The notes under the pieces are model-generated. The model was given only the letters and a program-made list of their open reading frames with translations, was not told the origin of the DNA and did not search any database. Shown here one piece after another: positions 49,895-62,950 of a DNA stretch of 64,000 nt. Position 1 is the first letter of the stretch. Every line of letters begins with the position of its first letter. Both the position numbers and the translations under genes were made by a program. Source of the stretch: Mobula hypostoma (Eukaryota); assembly GCF_963921235.1 (NCBI RefSeq), contig NC_086097.1, positions 240,128,001 through 240,192,000 on the forward strand, given 5' to 3'.

Positions 49895-50537
49895 GCAAAC
49901 ACAAGGAATTCTGCAAATGCTGGAAATTCAAGCAACACACATCAAAGTTGCTAGTGAACGCAGCAGGCCAGGCAGCATCTCTAAGAAGAGGTACAGTCGA
50001 CGTTTTGGGCCGAGACCCCTCGTCAGGACTAACTGAAGGAAGAGCTAGTAAGAGATTTGAAAGTGGGAGGGGGAGGGGGAGATTCAAAATGATAGGAGAA
50101 GACAGGAGGGGGAGGGATGGAGCCAAGAGCTGGACAGGTGATTGGCAAAAGGGATATGAGAGGATCATGGGACAGGAGGTCCAGGAAGAAAGACGGGGGG
50201 GGGCGGACCAGAGGATGGGCAAGGGGTATAGTGAGAGGGACAGAGGGGTGAAAAAGGAGAGTGAGAGAAAGAATGTGTGTATAAAAATAAATAACAGATT
50301 GGGTCTTTGGCTCTTCAACTTTTCGACCACATTTTGACTCAGACTCGCTATCCGTCCCTGTCTTCTCCTATCATTTTGGATCTCCCCTCCCTCTCCCACT
50401 TTCAAATCTCTTACTAGCTCTTCCTTCAGTTAGTCCTGACGAAGGGTCGCGGCCCGAAACGTCGACTGTACCTCTTCCTAGAGATGCTGCCTGGCCTGCT
50501 GCGTTCACCAGCAACTTTGATGTGTGTTGCTTGGTCA
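49895..50537. mobile_element. Penelope-derived element with inverted arms and 10-bp TSD
   Basis: 49929-50108 inverted at 50355-50532; ACAGATTCAC at 49885-49894 and 50538-50547. Confidence 0.85.
50432..50467 (+). ncRNA. Minimal type I hammerhead ribozyme motif (intact core)
   Basis: AGTC-CTGACGA-A-GGGTCGCGGCCC-GAA-ACGT-C-GACT. Confidence 0.72.
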
Positions 50538-50914
50538 ACAGATTCACCACTGTTTGGCTAAAGAAATTCCTCCACATCTTCATTCTATTCTGAAGCTGTG
50601 TCATCTGGTCTCAGAGTCTCCCACCATAAGAAATATCCTCTCTACATCCACTCTTTCAAGCCCTTTCACCGATCGATAGGCTTCAATGAGATCGCCCATC
50701 ATTCTTCTGAATTCTATTGAATACAGGCCCAGACCATCAGATGCTCTTCATATGTCAAGCCATTTAATCCTGGAATCATTTTTGTGAAACTCCTTTGAAC
50801 CCTCTCCAGTTTTAGTACATTATTTCTAAGATAAGGGGCCCAAATCTGCTCACAATACTCCAAGTGAGGCCTCGCCAGTGCTTAATAAAGTCTCAACATT
50901 ACAACCTTGCTTTT

Positions 50915-51781
50915 ATAACCATATAACCATGTAACAATTACAGCATGGAAACAGGCCATCTCAGCCCTTCTAGACCATGCCGAACTCTTACTCTCACCTA
51001 GTCCCACCGACCTGCACTCAGCCCATAACCCTCCATTCCTTTCCTGTCCATATATCTATCCAATTTAACTTTAAGTGACAACATTGAACCTGCCTCAACC
51101 ACTTCTGCTGGAAGCTCGTTCCACACAGCCACCACTCTCTGAGTAAAGAAGTTCCCCCTCATGTTACCCCTAAATTTTTGCCCTTTAACTCTCAACTCAT
51201 GTCCTCTTGTTTGAATCTCCCCCACTCTCAATGGAAAAAGCCTATCCATGTCAACTCTATCTAACCCCCTCATAATTTTGAATACCTCTATCAAGTCCCC
51301 CCTCAACCTTATACGCTCCAAAGAATAAAGACCTAACTTGTTCAACTTTCTCTGTAACTTAGGAGATGAAACCCAGGCAACATTTTAGTAAATCTCCTCT
51401 GTACTCTCTCAATTTTATTGACATCTTTCCTATAATTTGGTGACCAGAACTGTACACAATACTCCAAATTTGCCCTCACCAATGCCTTATACAATTTCAA
51501 CATTACATCCCAACTCCTATACTCAATGCTCTGATTAATAAAGGCCACCATATCAAAAGCTTTCTTCACCACCCTATCCACATGAGATTCCACCTTCAGG
51601 GAACTATGCACCATTATTCCTAGATCCCTCTGTTCTACTGCATTATTCAATGACCTATCATTTACCATGTATGTCCTATTTTGATTAGTCCTACCAAAAT
51701 GTAGCACCTCACATTTTTCAGCATTAAACTCCATCGGCCATCTTTCAGCCCACTCTTCTAACTGGCCTAAATCTCTCTGCA
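50915..51781 (-). mobile_element. Young CR1 3' fragment nested in an older CR1 (~49690-52090)
   Basis: ORFs 50998-51345 and 51342-51782; same subfamily as 21711-22953. Confidence 0.93.
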
Positions 51782-52094
51782 TTATATTCTAGTCCTCTTG
51801 AAATGAATGTGAACATTGCATTTGCCTTCCTCACCACAGACTCAACCTGCAAATTAAACTTTAGGGAACCCTGCACAAGGACTCCCAAGTCCCCTTGCGC
51901 CTCAGATTTTTGAATTTTCTCACCATTTAGAAAATAGTCAACCCTTTGATTTCTTCTACCGAAGTGCATGACCATACACTTGCTGACACTGTATTCCATC
52001 TGCCATTTCATTGCCGATTCTCCTCATCTGACTGTCCTTCTGTAACCTCTCTAATTCCTCAAAACTGCCTGCCCCTCCACGTACTTTTATCTCA

Positions 52095-52986
52095 GCAAGA
52101 AGATCAGAGACCTCGGCCTGCACATCACCTTGTGCAGCTGGATCCTGGACTTCCTGTCGGATGGCAGGCAGGTGGTAAGGATGGGCACCCTCACGTCTGA
52201 TCCTCTGACCCTCAACACAGGAATCCCACAGGGCTGTGTCTGGAGACCCTTCCTCTATTTCCTATACACCCACGACTGTGTTGCTACACACAGCACCAAT
52301 CTGCTGATCAAATTTGCAGATGGCGTGACACGACTTATTTCTAACAACGATGAGACAGCCTGCAGAGGAGAAATCAGCGCCGTGACAAGTGGTGCCAAGA
52401 AAACAACCTCTCCCTCAATGTAAAAAAAAATGAAGGACTTGATTGTGGATTACACGAGGAATGGAGACAGCCCATCCCCTATTGACATTAATGGGACTGT
52501 GGATGAGAGGGTGAGTAGTTTCAAGTTCCTCAGTGTACACATCACTGAGGATTTCACCTGGACTGTACATACCAGCTGTGTGTTGTTAAAAGCACAACAG
52601 ACCTCTTTCACCTCAGACGGCTGAAGGAGTTTGGCATGAGTTCCTAAATCCTCATGACTTTGTATAGGGGTTCCATCAAGAGTATCCTGTCTGGCTCTGT
52701 CATCGGCTGGTGCGGGAACTGTACTACCGTCAATCACAGGGCACTGCAGAGAGTGGTGCGGACAGCCCAGCACATCTGTGGATGTGAACTTTCCTCTATT
52801 CAGGACATTTACAGCAGCAGGTGCGTAAAAAGGGCCCGATGGATCATCAGGGACTCCAGCCACCCCAAACTCAAACTGTTTCAGCTGCTTCCACCTGGCA
52901 AATGGTACCACAGCATTAAGGCCAGGGCCAACACGTTCCGAGATAGCTTCTTTCACCAGGCCATCAGATTTATCAATACACATTGA
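52095..52986 (+). mobile_element. Rex1/Babar LINE RT-to-end fragment
   Basis: CSWILDFL..R.QVV, TGIPQGCV, IKFAD, SILSGSVIGWCG, FRDSFFHQAIR. Confidence 0.85.
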
Positions 52987-53639
52987 TCTCTTTGCATATC
53001 TGACTGTACATTGTATCTGACTGTACATACATGTTTACAAAACAATTATGTATACAATCTTAGTGTCGGGACAATATCCTCCCACACTTCCCTGTCAATG
53101 AAGGAGATTAACACCCGAAGTAGCACTCAGCTGGTCAGGCAACATCTATGGAGGAAAACAAAACAATCCACGTTTTGGGCTGAGGTCCTTCATCAAGATG
53201 CCCTCTTCTTTCCTTGTACTGATGAAGATTCTCAGCCCGAGAGTTAATCAAGGCTGAGTGGTCTTGCTCGAAACATCGTCTGTTCATTTCCCTCGATTGA
53301 TGCTGCCTGACCTGCTGAGTTCCTCAAGCATTCTGTGTGTGTTACTCAAGATTTAGGGCATCTGCTGAATCTCTTGTGTTCATTAACAGTGGGAAGAATT
53401 GCCTGCATGATGGACTGTGGTGCATTCACAGCTCTCTCCAATTTCCTGCAGTCTTGGGCGGAGCAGATGCCTGGCCAGCTGAGTGTTCCTTTGGGTGTTA
53501 ATCTCCTCCATTGGCAGGGAAATGTGGGAGGATATTGCCCCGACACCAAGATTGTATACATAATTGTTTTGTATACCTGCATGTACAGTCAGCTATCCAA
53601 TCAGATCAATATGTATTGATAAGTCTGATGGTCTGGTGA
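52953..53639. repeat. Local inverted duplication (arms ~52953-53147 and 53465-53639)
   Basis: Arms are reverse complements with scattered mismatches and include a chimeric Rex/Penelope junction. Confidence 0.8.
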
Positions 53640-54146
53640 GCTGTGATGAGATTGGATGAGTATCTATAATAAGAAATGAGGGTCACTGAGAACAAGCCAA
53701 ATCTATTTAGCTTTCTGAAGTTGAGGCATCAGTTTTTTTAATGTCAGTATCAATGACACTGCTGTTTATATTGTAGCTAGGAATTTGAACATTTCAATCA
53801 TTTGCACCTCAGCACTATTAATATAAAGAGGTGTACCCTACCCCATCTCCTGACGTCATCAACCATCTCATTTGCTTTGCTGACTTTGACGACATGGTGC
53901 TGGCCTTGGTACCATGGCACTAGGCTTTGTACCTCCTTCCTGTTTTCTGTCTTGTTGTTGTTTGTAACCCAGCCCACTACGATGCCATTATCTATAAATG
54001 CTAGATCCTGGCTGAAAACAATATATTAGGATTCATTTACTGGCCTAGACTGAGGACTAATAAACAGAAAGGAAACAGAGAGTGGGAAAAATTAGAAGAC
54101 AAAGAGATCAAAGTTCAAAGTAAATTTATTATCAAAGTATACATTA

Positions 54147-54822
54147 AATTAGATTAGATTATGAAGACACGCAGTCCTCTTTTATTGTCATTTAGTAATG
54201 CATGCATTAAGAAATGATACAATGTTCTTGCGGTGTGATATCACAAAACACAAGACAAACCAAGACTAAAAAAACTGACAAAAACCACATAATTATAGCA
54301 TATAGTTACAACAGTGCAAAACAATACTGTAATTTGATAAAGAACAGACCATGGGCATGGTGAAAAAGAGTCTCAAAGTCTCTCGAAAGTCCCATCATCT
54401 CACGCAGATGGTAGAAGGGAAAAACTCTCCCTGCCATGAACCTCCAGCGCTGCAAACTTGCCAATGCAGCACCCTGGAAGCACCCGACCACAGCCAGCTC
54501 TGAGTCCGTCCGAAAACTTCGAGCCTCTGACCAGCCCTCCGACACCGAGCACAGAGCACCATCTCTGCCGAGCGCTTCGACCCCAGCCCCGGCAACAGGC
54601 AATAGGCAAAGCTGAGGATTTGGGGCCTTCCCTCCGGAGATTCTCGATTGCACAGTAGCAGCGGCAGCGAAGCAGGCATTTCGGAAGTTTCTCCAAATGT
54701 TCCTCTGTGCTTCTCACGTCTGTCTCCATCAAATCAGGATTGTGCACGGCACCTACTTAACAAATACGACATCATTTCAGAGTGGGCGCGCGCACTGCGT
54801 CGCGCTGCCATCTTCTCCTCCC
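54147..54822 (-). mobile_element. CpG-rich non-autonomous retroelement with (TAATC)n tail
   Basis: Starts GGGAGGAGAAGATGGCAGCGCG; inserted in the 3' UTR of a Rex fragment. Confidence 0.6.
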
Positions 54823-54825
54823 CTC

Positions 54826-56460
54826 CAGTCACCATATACAACTTTGAGATTTATTTTCATGTGAGCACACTTAATAAATCCATAATAGAATAATAACTGT
54901 AATAGAATCAATGAAAGACCACACCGAAGTATATTAAACCGGTGTACACAAGACAACAAACTGTGCCAATACAAAAATAAATAAATAAATAAAGAAGCAG
55001 TAAAGATCAGGAACATGAGATGAAGAGTCGTTACCATAGGTTGTGGAAACATTTCAATGATGGGGCAAGTGAAGTTGAGCAAAGTTCAAGAGCCTGATGG
55101 TTGAGGAGTAATAATTTTTCCTAAACCTGGTGGTATGAGTCCTGAGGCTCCAGTACCTTCTTCCTGATGGCTACATTTTGTGTAGATGTACTCAATGGTG
55201 GGGAGGGCTTTACCGCTAATGGGCTGGGCTGTATCCACTAAATTTTGAAGGATTTTCTGTTCACAGGAATTAGTGTTTCCATACCAGGAAGTGATGCAGC
55301 CAGTCAATATACTCCTCATTACAGATCTAATTGCACATGTGCTGGGACCAGGACAAGTCCTCCATAATAATAACATTGAGGAATTTAAAGTTGTCGATCC
55401 TCCCCACCTCTGATCCTCTGATGAGGACTGGCTCATGGACTTCTAGTTTCTTTCTCCTGGAGTCAATAATCAGCTTCTTGGTCTTGTTGACATTGAGTTA
55501 AGGCTGATTTATACTTGTGCGTCAAATGTACGCCGTAGCTACCGCGTACCCTACGCCGAACCCTACGCCGTAGGGTGACGTGCACCTCCCCAAAAATGTA
55601 ACTCATGCATCGCAGTGACGCAGACCGCAGCAACTGTGATTGGTCCACTTGGTAGCATCGCAATTCCTCATACGCATTTCCGGTTGCTTTACTCTGCCAT
55701 GTCTGTACACTGACGCGAAATAAACGGTTGGAGACGATGAACCAAATCGTCAAATCTACCTGCCGACATCTGAAAATATTTGAAATGCATTTGCTCATCC
55801 ATGTCTCTGATGAAGAAACTCAACACAGTGGCATAGAAACTCCACTGCCAGCTAGCATTTTGGGGGTGAATTGCAGAGCGACACAGACACAACTACGCAT
55901 GCTCACTACGGCATAGCTCGTACGCGCAAGTATATATCAGCCTTAAGAAGTTATTGTTATGGCACTACTCAGCCTGATTTTCAATCTCCCTCCAATATGC
56001 AGATTCAACCTACAACAGTGGTGTCGTCAGCAAAATAAAATATAGCATTGGACCTGTACTTAGCCACACAACCAAAATTGTAAAGCGAGCTGGGAGCTAA
56101 GCCATAAACTTGTGGTGTCGTGTGCTGGTGGAGATTGTGCAGGAAATGTTGTTGTCAGTCTGAACTGATTGGGGTCTGTAAGTGAGGAAGTCGAGGATGA
56201 AATTACACAAGGATGTATTGAAGCCAAGGTCTTGAACCTTAAAGATTAGTTTTGAAAAGGGATGATGGTTTTGAATGGTGAGCTGTAGTTGATAAAGAGC
56301 AAACTTTCCAAGGCACAAATCCATGGTCTCACGAGACTATCGGATGCCTATTGATGTATGTATCTTTGCTGAGAGATGTTCCAGTGTTGAGTGGAGAGAA
56401 AATGAGATGGCATCTGCTGTAGACCTGTTGCTTTGGTAGGCAAATTGGAGGGGTCCAAGT
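54826..56460 (-). mobile_element. Rex1/Babar fragment
   Basis: [30 protein letters not shown]. Confidence 0.75.
55502..55942. mobile_element. PIF/Harbinger-type deletion derivative with transposase remnant
   Basis: TIRs GGCTGAT.TATACTTG.GCGT; TTAA on both flanks; minus ORF 55689-55892 has [23 protein letters not shown] (HARBI-like N-terminus). Confidence 0.8.
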
Positions 56461-56461
56461 T

Positions 56462-57330
56462 AATACACAGAAAATATTGGAGGAACTCAGCATGTCAGGC
56501 AGTATCTATGGAACTGAATGAACGGTTGGACAACTCGGGCTGAGACCCTCCTTCATGACTGCAAATGAAGGGACAATGTCAGAGTTAAAAATTGAGGGGG
56601 GGGGGAAGGAGGATAGCTCAAAGCTGATAGGTAAATCCAGATGGGTAGAAAAGATAATGGGCTGGAGTGGAAGAAATTTGATTGGAGAAGACAGTGGTCC
56701 AAAGGAAAAAGGGAAGGACGAAAGGACCCAGGGTGAGGTGTTAGACAAGAAAGAAGAGTTAAGAGGCCAGAATGGAGAATAAAAGAAGGGGTGGGGTAGG
56801 GATTTTTTTTACTGGAAGGAGAAATTGAAATTCATGTCATCAAGTTGGCAGCTGCACAGACAGAATATAAGGTGTCTCTCCACCATCTGAGGGTGGTCTC
56901 ATCTTGTCAACGGAAATGGGAATCGGAATTAAAATATTTGGCCACCGGGAAGTTCCACTTTCGATGGATGGAACAGAGGTGCGCAACAGAGTGGTCCCCT
57001 GATTTACAACAGGTCTCATCAATGTAGAAGAAGCTGCATCGGGAGCACCGGACACAATCGACAATCCTCCAGCAGATTCGTAGGTGAAGCGTTGTCTCAT
57101 CTGGAAGGACTGTTGGAGGGCCCTGATTGGAGGTCATGGAGGAGGTGTAGCCCTTTGGCCGGTTGCAGGGATAAATGCCTGGATGGAGATTAGTAGAGAT
57201 GGATGAAAGGACAAGGGATTCATCTCTGCAGGGCGACCCTTGCAGAAAGTGGAGGGCAGGTGCATGGAGAGAACCAAAGATAGGTTTGGTGATAGGATCC
57301 CTTTGGAGATAGCAGAAGTTGTAGAGGATG
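56462..57330 (-). mobile_element. Penelope-like element 3' part with GIY-YIG endonuclease remnant
   Basis: IVDCVRCSRCSFFYIDET...GDHSVAHL...PVAKYFNSDSH followed by the same 3' repeat with decayed hammerhead (~56525-56560). Confidence 0.8.
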
Positions 57331-58494
57331 CTGTTGCAGATCCAGGTTTTTTCTCACACAGGAGTTGATATCTTTCATCACCAACCTCTCAAAACACTTC
57401 ATCACAGTAGTTGTAGGGGCAACTAGACGACAGACATGGAGTGTCAACAGAGAGTGGGAATAATTAGAAGACAAAAAAGATTGTAGATACTGGGAAAAAA
57501 TGGCGATTTCAAAGGGTCAGGCAACAATTGTGGAGGCAAAGGTCTGATCAGGATTGAAACATCAGACCCAAAGCAGGGCCTCAACTTGAAATATTGATTT
57601 TTTTTATTATTAAATGCAATCCTGAACTATAGCCAGATCTGAAATGCCGATCAAGTCAACTGGTTCCCAAAGAGGACACTGGTAGGCCAATCAGATGGTT
57701 CACTGCTGCTCAGCGATAAAAAGCAAGTACACAGAACAGGCCCAAGGATCGCTAGCCCCTGTACCCCAGAAACACACCAGAGCAGTGCGGCAGAGGTATG
57801 TGCTATGCATGACCTGATCTGAAAGCATCATGTTGACTCATAACAGATCGTGATTACAGGGGAACAACTTGGTCAAGGATGGGGTGATCAGCACTGATGG
57901 ACAAATTATACCTCCACTACCCCAAAATTTACACCTTTTGTCTCCACAGAAGCTACTTTACCCTCTGAGTTCCTGCAGTTTTTATGAATACTTTGAGTTG
58001 CATGGTGCTGGAATACATATCAGCATTCACCAAAGGCATTCCACACATGCTCAGTTAGATTAATTTGATTAGTAATTCTCTACTCCTCCACAGGGTGCAC
58101 TTCTGCAGTGTTTGCCACAATAATCAGTAGATTCCCTTTTAAACTTCAACATAATTACTTCTAAACAACTTCTGCAGTTTTGAAGAACTAAATTTTTATA
58201 TGTGGTCTAATTCTCTAAGAACAATTAGTTTAAAATTGCTTGAATTTTAAAATAATGAAATATAATTTTATATTATTCCATAAAATTTACTAATAATATT
58301 TCCATTTCAATCTCAATGCAAAGATTTGACCATTTTCAAATTTCATCTTTTGCAAGATGTTCAGAAAAGTTTTGGTCTTTTTACTGCTGGTTTGCTACCT
58401 GTGCAAATTTAGTCAGTTGTTCAACCAGTTTGATGGTATAACCTTTAACAGGATGTTTCTGCAGGGGCCAGACAGAAAGTCATGTCAGAAAATG

Positions 58495-58897
58495 TCAGGG
58501 AGCTAGGGCTTTACTCTCTGGAGAGAAGGAGGATGAGAGGAGACATGATAGATGTGTACAAGATAATAAGAGGAATAGATAGAGTGGACAGCCAGCACCT
58601 CTTCCCCAGGGCACCACTGCTCAATACAAGAGGACATGGCTTTAAGGTAAGTGGTGGAAAGTTCAAGGGGGATATTAGAGGAAGGTTTTTTACTCAGAGA
58701 GTGGTTGGTGCGTGGAATGCACTGCCTGAGTCAGTGGTGGAGGCAGATACACTAGTAAAATTTAAGAGACTACTAGACAGGTATATGGAGAAACTTAAGG
58801 TGGGGGGTTATATGGGAGGCAGGGTTTAAGGCTCAGCACAACATTGTGGGATGAAGGGCCTGTACTGTGTTGCACTGTTCTATGTTTTATGTTATGT
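58495..58897 (+). mobile_element. Young CR1 3' end
   Basis: ORF 58482-58829 LGLYSLERRRMRGD...FFTQRVV. Confidence 0.92.
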
Positions 58898-60224
58898 TGA
58901 CTGGGATGTTGGAGAGATCAGTGCTGGGCCCCCAGATTTTCAAAATCTGTACAAGGATTATGACTAAGGGTGGTGTGTCCAGGCTTGCTGTGGATATAAT
59001 ACTAAGTTCCAGTATGGGCTGTGTGGAAGATGTGGAGAAGTTTTAGGAGGATAGAGGCGGGTTCAGAGAATAGTGCGATCATGGAAAGTTGGATATATTC
59101 AGTTATCCATTTTGGCATAAAAACGGAAGCGTCTTTTAAGTGTCACAACGTTGGATCAGAATCATGTTTAATATCACCTGCATATGTTGTGAAATTTGTT
59201 GTCTTTGCAGCAGTAGTATAATGAAGTACATAATAATAGAGAAAAAAACATGAATTAGATTAATTATGTTTATAAAATAGTTTACTTTAAAAAGTAGCAC
59301 AAAAATATATGTTTTTTAATGTAGTGAGGTAGTGTTCACGGGTTCAATGTCCATTCAGAAATTAGATGGCAGAGGGGAAGAAGCTGTTCTGAATTGTTGA
59401 GTGCGTACCTCCTCCCTAATGGTAGCAAAGGGAAAAGGGCATTACCTAGGTGACAGGGGTCCTTAATGATGGATGCCACCTTTTTGAGGCATTGCTCCTT
59501 GAAGATGTCCTGAATGCTACAGAGGCTAGTGCCCATGATGGAGCTGACTAAGTTTACAACTCTCTGCAACTTACTTTGATCCTGTGCAGCAACCGTCCCT
59601 CGATACCAGATGGTGAAGCAACGAGTTAGAATGCTCTCCACGGTACATCTGTAGAAATTTGCAAGAGAAATCTGTTGTTTTGTCACAGCAGTACAGTGAA
59701 ATACATAAAAAACTACAATGATTTGCAATAAGAAATATAAAAGGGGATCTTAGTAAACCATGAATCCCCTTTAAACCTTATGCATGCACCCCATTAATTT
59801 AGATTCCCTTACACTGGGAATCTAAACCTTGTGGCAATTGAACCTAGATGTGACCTTCATAATCTTGTAAACCTCTATAAGTTTGTCCCCAAGGTATGAG
59901 TATTAACATGCACTCACATAATGCCATCTCAAGGTACTCCCAAAGAATACTAAATTTGACATTAAGTCCACACCCTGTAGGGATAGCAGAGCAAAAGCTT
60001 GGGTGGAATGTGTAGAAAGGAAAGAGCGGAACAGGTGGAAAACTGAAAAGTTTTGATGAATATCTGATAGCTATAAGGAGAAGTGGCAATGCTTGAGAAT
60101 GGGGCTTGAGACACCTGTTGGTGGTCAAGAAGGAAATGAGAGATGTGCAAGAAGCCAAAGCTGCAGGTAATGAGATTTCTCAAGGAACGTTGGGTGTGTA
60201 GGAGGAATGAAGTCAATGAAAAAT

Positions 60225-60545
60225 TTGGCAACATGGTAACATTGCGGTTAGCACTATTTACAACACCAGCTGTAAGAGCAAGCTCGCTTCCTGCCACTGT
60301 CTATAAAGAAATTGTATGTTCTCCTGTGACCCTGTGAGTTTCCTCCAGGTACTCTGGTTTCCTCCTGTATTCCAAAGAAGTAGAGGTTGGGTTTAGTGAG
60401 TTGTGGGCATGTTATGTTGGCACCAGAAACGTAGTGACACTTGCAAGGGGCTCAAAAAATCTTTGCTCATTTGATTTGATGCAAACATATTTCACTGTAT
60501 ATTTCGATGTTCTGATGTCCATGTGACAAATAAAGCTAATCTTTA
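60225..60545 (+). mobile_element. V-SINE-like SINE
   Basis: tRNA-like head, shared core, GTGACAAATAAAGCTAATC tail. Confidence 0.6.
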
Positions 60546-60769
60546 ACTAAAGAATTTGACCTCATAAAGAACGTGTTGTCATTCTAGAGTAACACACACC
60601 AAATGCTAGGGGAACTCAGCAGGCCAGGCATCTATGGAAAGGGGTAACCAGTTGACATTGCGGGACAAGACCCTTCACCAGGAGTCAGCTTGAACCAACG
60701 TAAATTCATCATGCTAATGTGGTATTAATCCTTAATTTCAACTATTTTGTTTCCTTTCCCAAGGTTCAT

Positions 60770-61145
60770 TTGTTTGTTATATGCTGTGTTGTATGACATT
60801 GGGGATCATGGTCTTTCCATGATCATGATTGTTCTTGGCAAATTTTTCTACAGAAGTAGTTTGCTATTGCCCTCTTCTGGGCAGTGTCTTTACAGGACGG
60901 GTGACCCCAGCCATTATCAATACTCTTCAGAGATAGTTTGTGTTGGCGTCAGTGGTCACATAACCAGGACCTGTGACATGCACCAGCAGCTCATACTGTC
61001 CACCACCTGCTCCCATGGATTCACGTGGCCCTGATCAGGGGGCTGAGCAGATGCTACACCTTTCCCAAGGGTGAGCTGCAAGCTAATAGAGGAAAGGAGC
61101 ACTTTGTTTCTCCTTAGGTGGAGATGTATGTTCACCCTGCCACCA
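60770..61145 (-). mobile_element. RTE/BovB-related non-autonomous element
   Basis: CAGAAGTAGTTTGCTATTGCC motif resembles the BovB-type CAGAAGTGGTTTGCCATTGCC. Confidence 0.45.
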
Positions 61146-62950
61146 TTTTCCCAAGATACTGATTGTAATTTTATGATGGCAGCCTCACTGCTCCCTACTA
61201 CCCCATCAGGTACAGTACCTCAATAAGGATAGAGTCATAGAGAAGTACAGCATAGAACAGGCCCTTCAGCCCATCTAGTCCATGCTGAGTTTCTGCAGTT
61301 TAACAAAGGCAATTATCTCGTTGTGCCACTCTGAATGGAATCAAGTTCACTTCAGTTTTATTCACGTTCATTACTTAAGGCGTGTTTTATATGTCTCCAG
61401 GTTTAACTACTCAACTATGCTTTCTGGAATTACCCTCTTAAACCTCTTTTTTTTACACTACCTTACTTTCCCTTTTCTATTTTCTATTTATGATTTATGA
61501 TTTAAATTTTTAATATTTACTATTGATTTGTACTCCAGGGAGCACGAAGCGCAGAATCAAATATCGCTGTGATGACTGTACGATCTAGTATCAATTGTTT
61601 GGCGACAATAAAGTATAAAGTATAAGTACAACACTGAACTCTTTTGAGATGGCCCATAAAAATCCACCTTTTGGCAAAGCTGTTGTACTATTTTCCTTTG
61701 AGGCAAAGTTGTTTTGTCTTTGCTTCTGAGGGTGGAGGAAGCAACTGGATACTGTATTTTCCTGTTGCATTTCATATTGTTCTAGTACAGTGATTAACAG
61801 AGAGATTCTGTCCGATCTTATCCTCCAGCTCTGTAAGGGATAGGAAGCTAATTCGGAACCATACGATTGAGGTAACTTAATTCTGCAAGAGAACAGAAGC
61901 TGAACTTACAACACTATTGCTCAGTTCCACACTGTGCTGTGCACAGAGCTGCTGAAAGAGCTTAAGAAATATGTTACAAGACAAGAGCAAACAATTAGTT
62001 TTATTGTTCACTTCTTGTGTTTCATTGCTCCAGCTGTTTTAATGGTTCCCTACTGCTGAAACAGTAGTAATAACACTTCCCACTGTATCATGAACATCTA
62101 CATTGATTTTAGAGTCTTATAAACAATATAATTAATTCCACTGGGAAACTGCAATGCTTTGAGTGAAATACCTCCGCAAAAGGCCATAAAGGTATCATTG
62201 GGAAGGGTTTATGTTTTGATGAGGGCAATTTATTCTGTGAGTGATAGTAAAATATGGTGCAGCAAAACTAATCAGTGCAGGGGCCTGTATGAAGCATCAA
62301 TGCAGATGTCCCATAGGATAGAGTACAAAAAACCACAAACTTCCACAGAAGCGTTCCAGTCCAAAAAGATAGGCAACTTGTAACTAACCCTTGGCTGCAT
62401 CAGGAAAAAGGAAGAAAGAATGCCGGTGAGGATTTTTGCTCTTTGTGACTGAAAGTTTCCTTGATCAAACCACATAGTTTCATTATAAATAATGAATGCC
62501 TGAGCTGGATAATCTGTTCTCCTAGGATTGAAAAGTATATCAAGAAGATTTAACGAATAATGGATTCTTTCAGCTGTAAGTTCTAAAACATGGAATAATC
62601 TTACAACAGCTAAAAAAGAAGTTTTATACCATTTTACATTGCAGAGTCATAAAATTTTTAAAGAAGGACCAATGTGGTCAGAACAAAATGCATTCCTTTC
62701 ATTTATCTCTGAGAAATGGTTGAGTAAATTTTGAACTCAGTGAGCTGGAGACTGCAGGCAATGCATGCACATGTTTGTACTTACTTCCAGCAGGGTGTAC
62801 TGGCTCAAACAAGTTCATTTAAGAGGTATCTCACACCCACATTAAAGTCATTTTGACTTGCACAAGTTATGTTCCATAGGCAACACTATCCAAATTGCCA
62901 CCTTTTTCTTCTTCTAACTTTCTTGTCTATGGCATAAACATCAACAGGAA

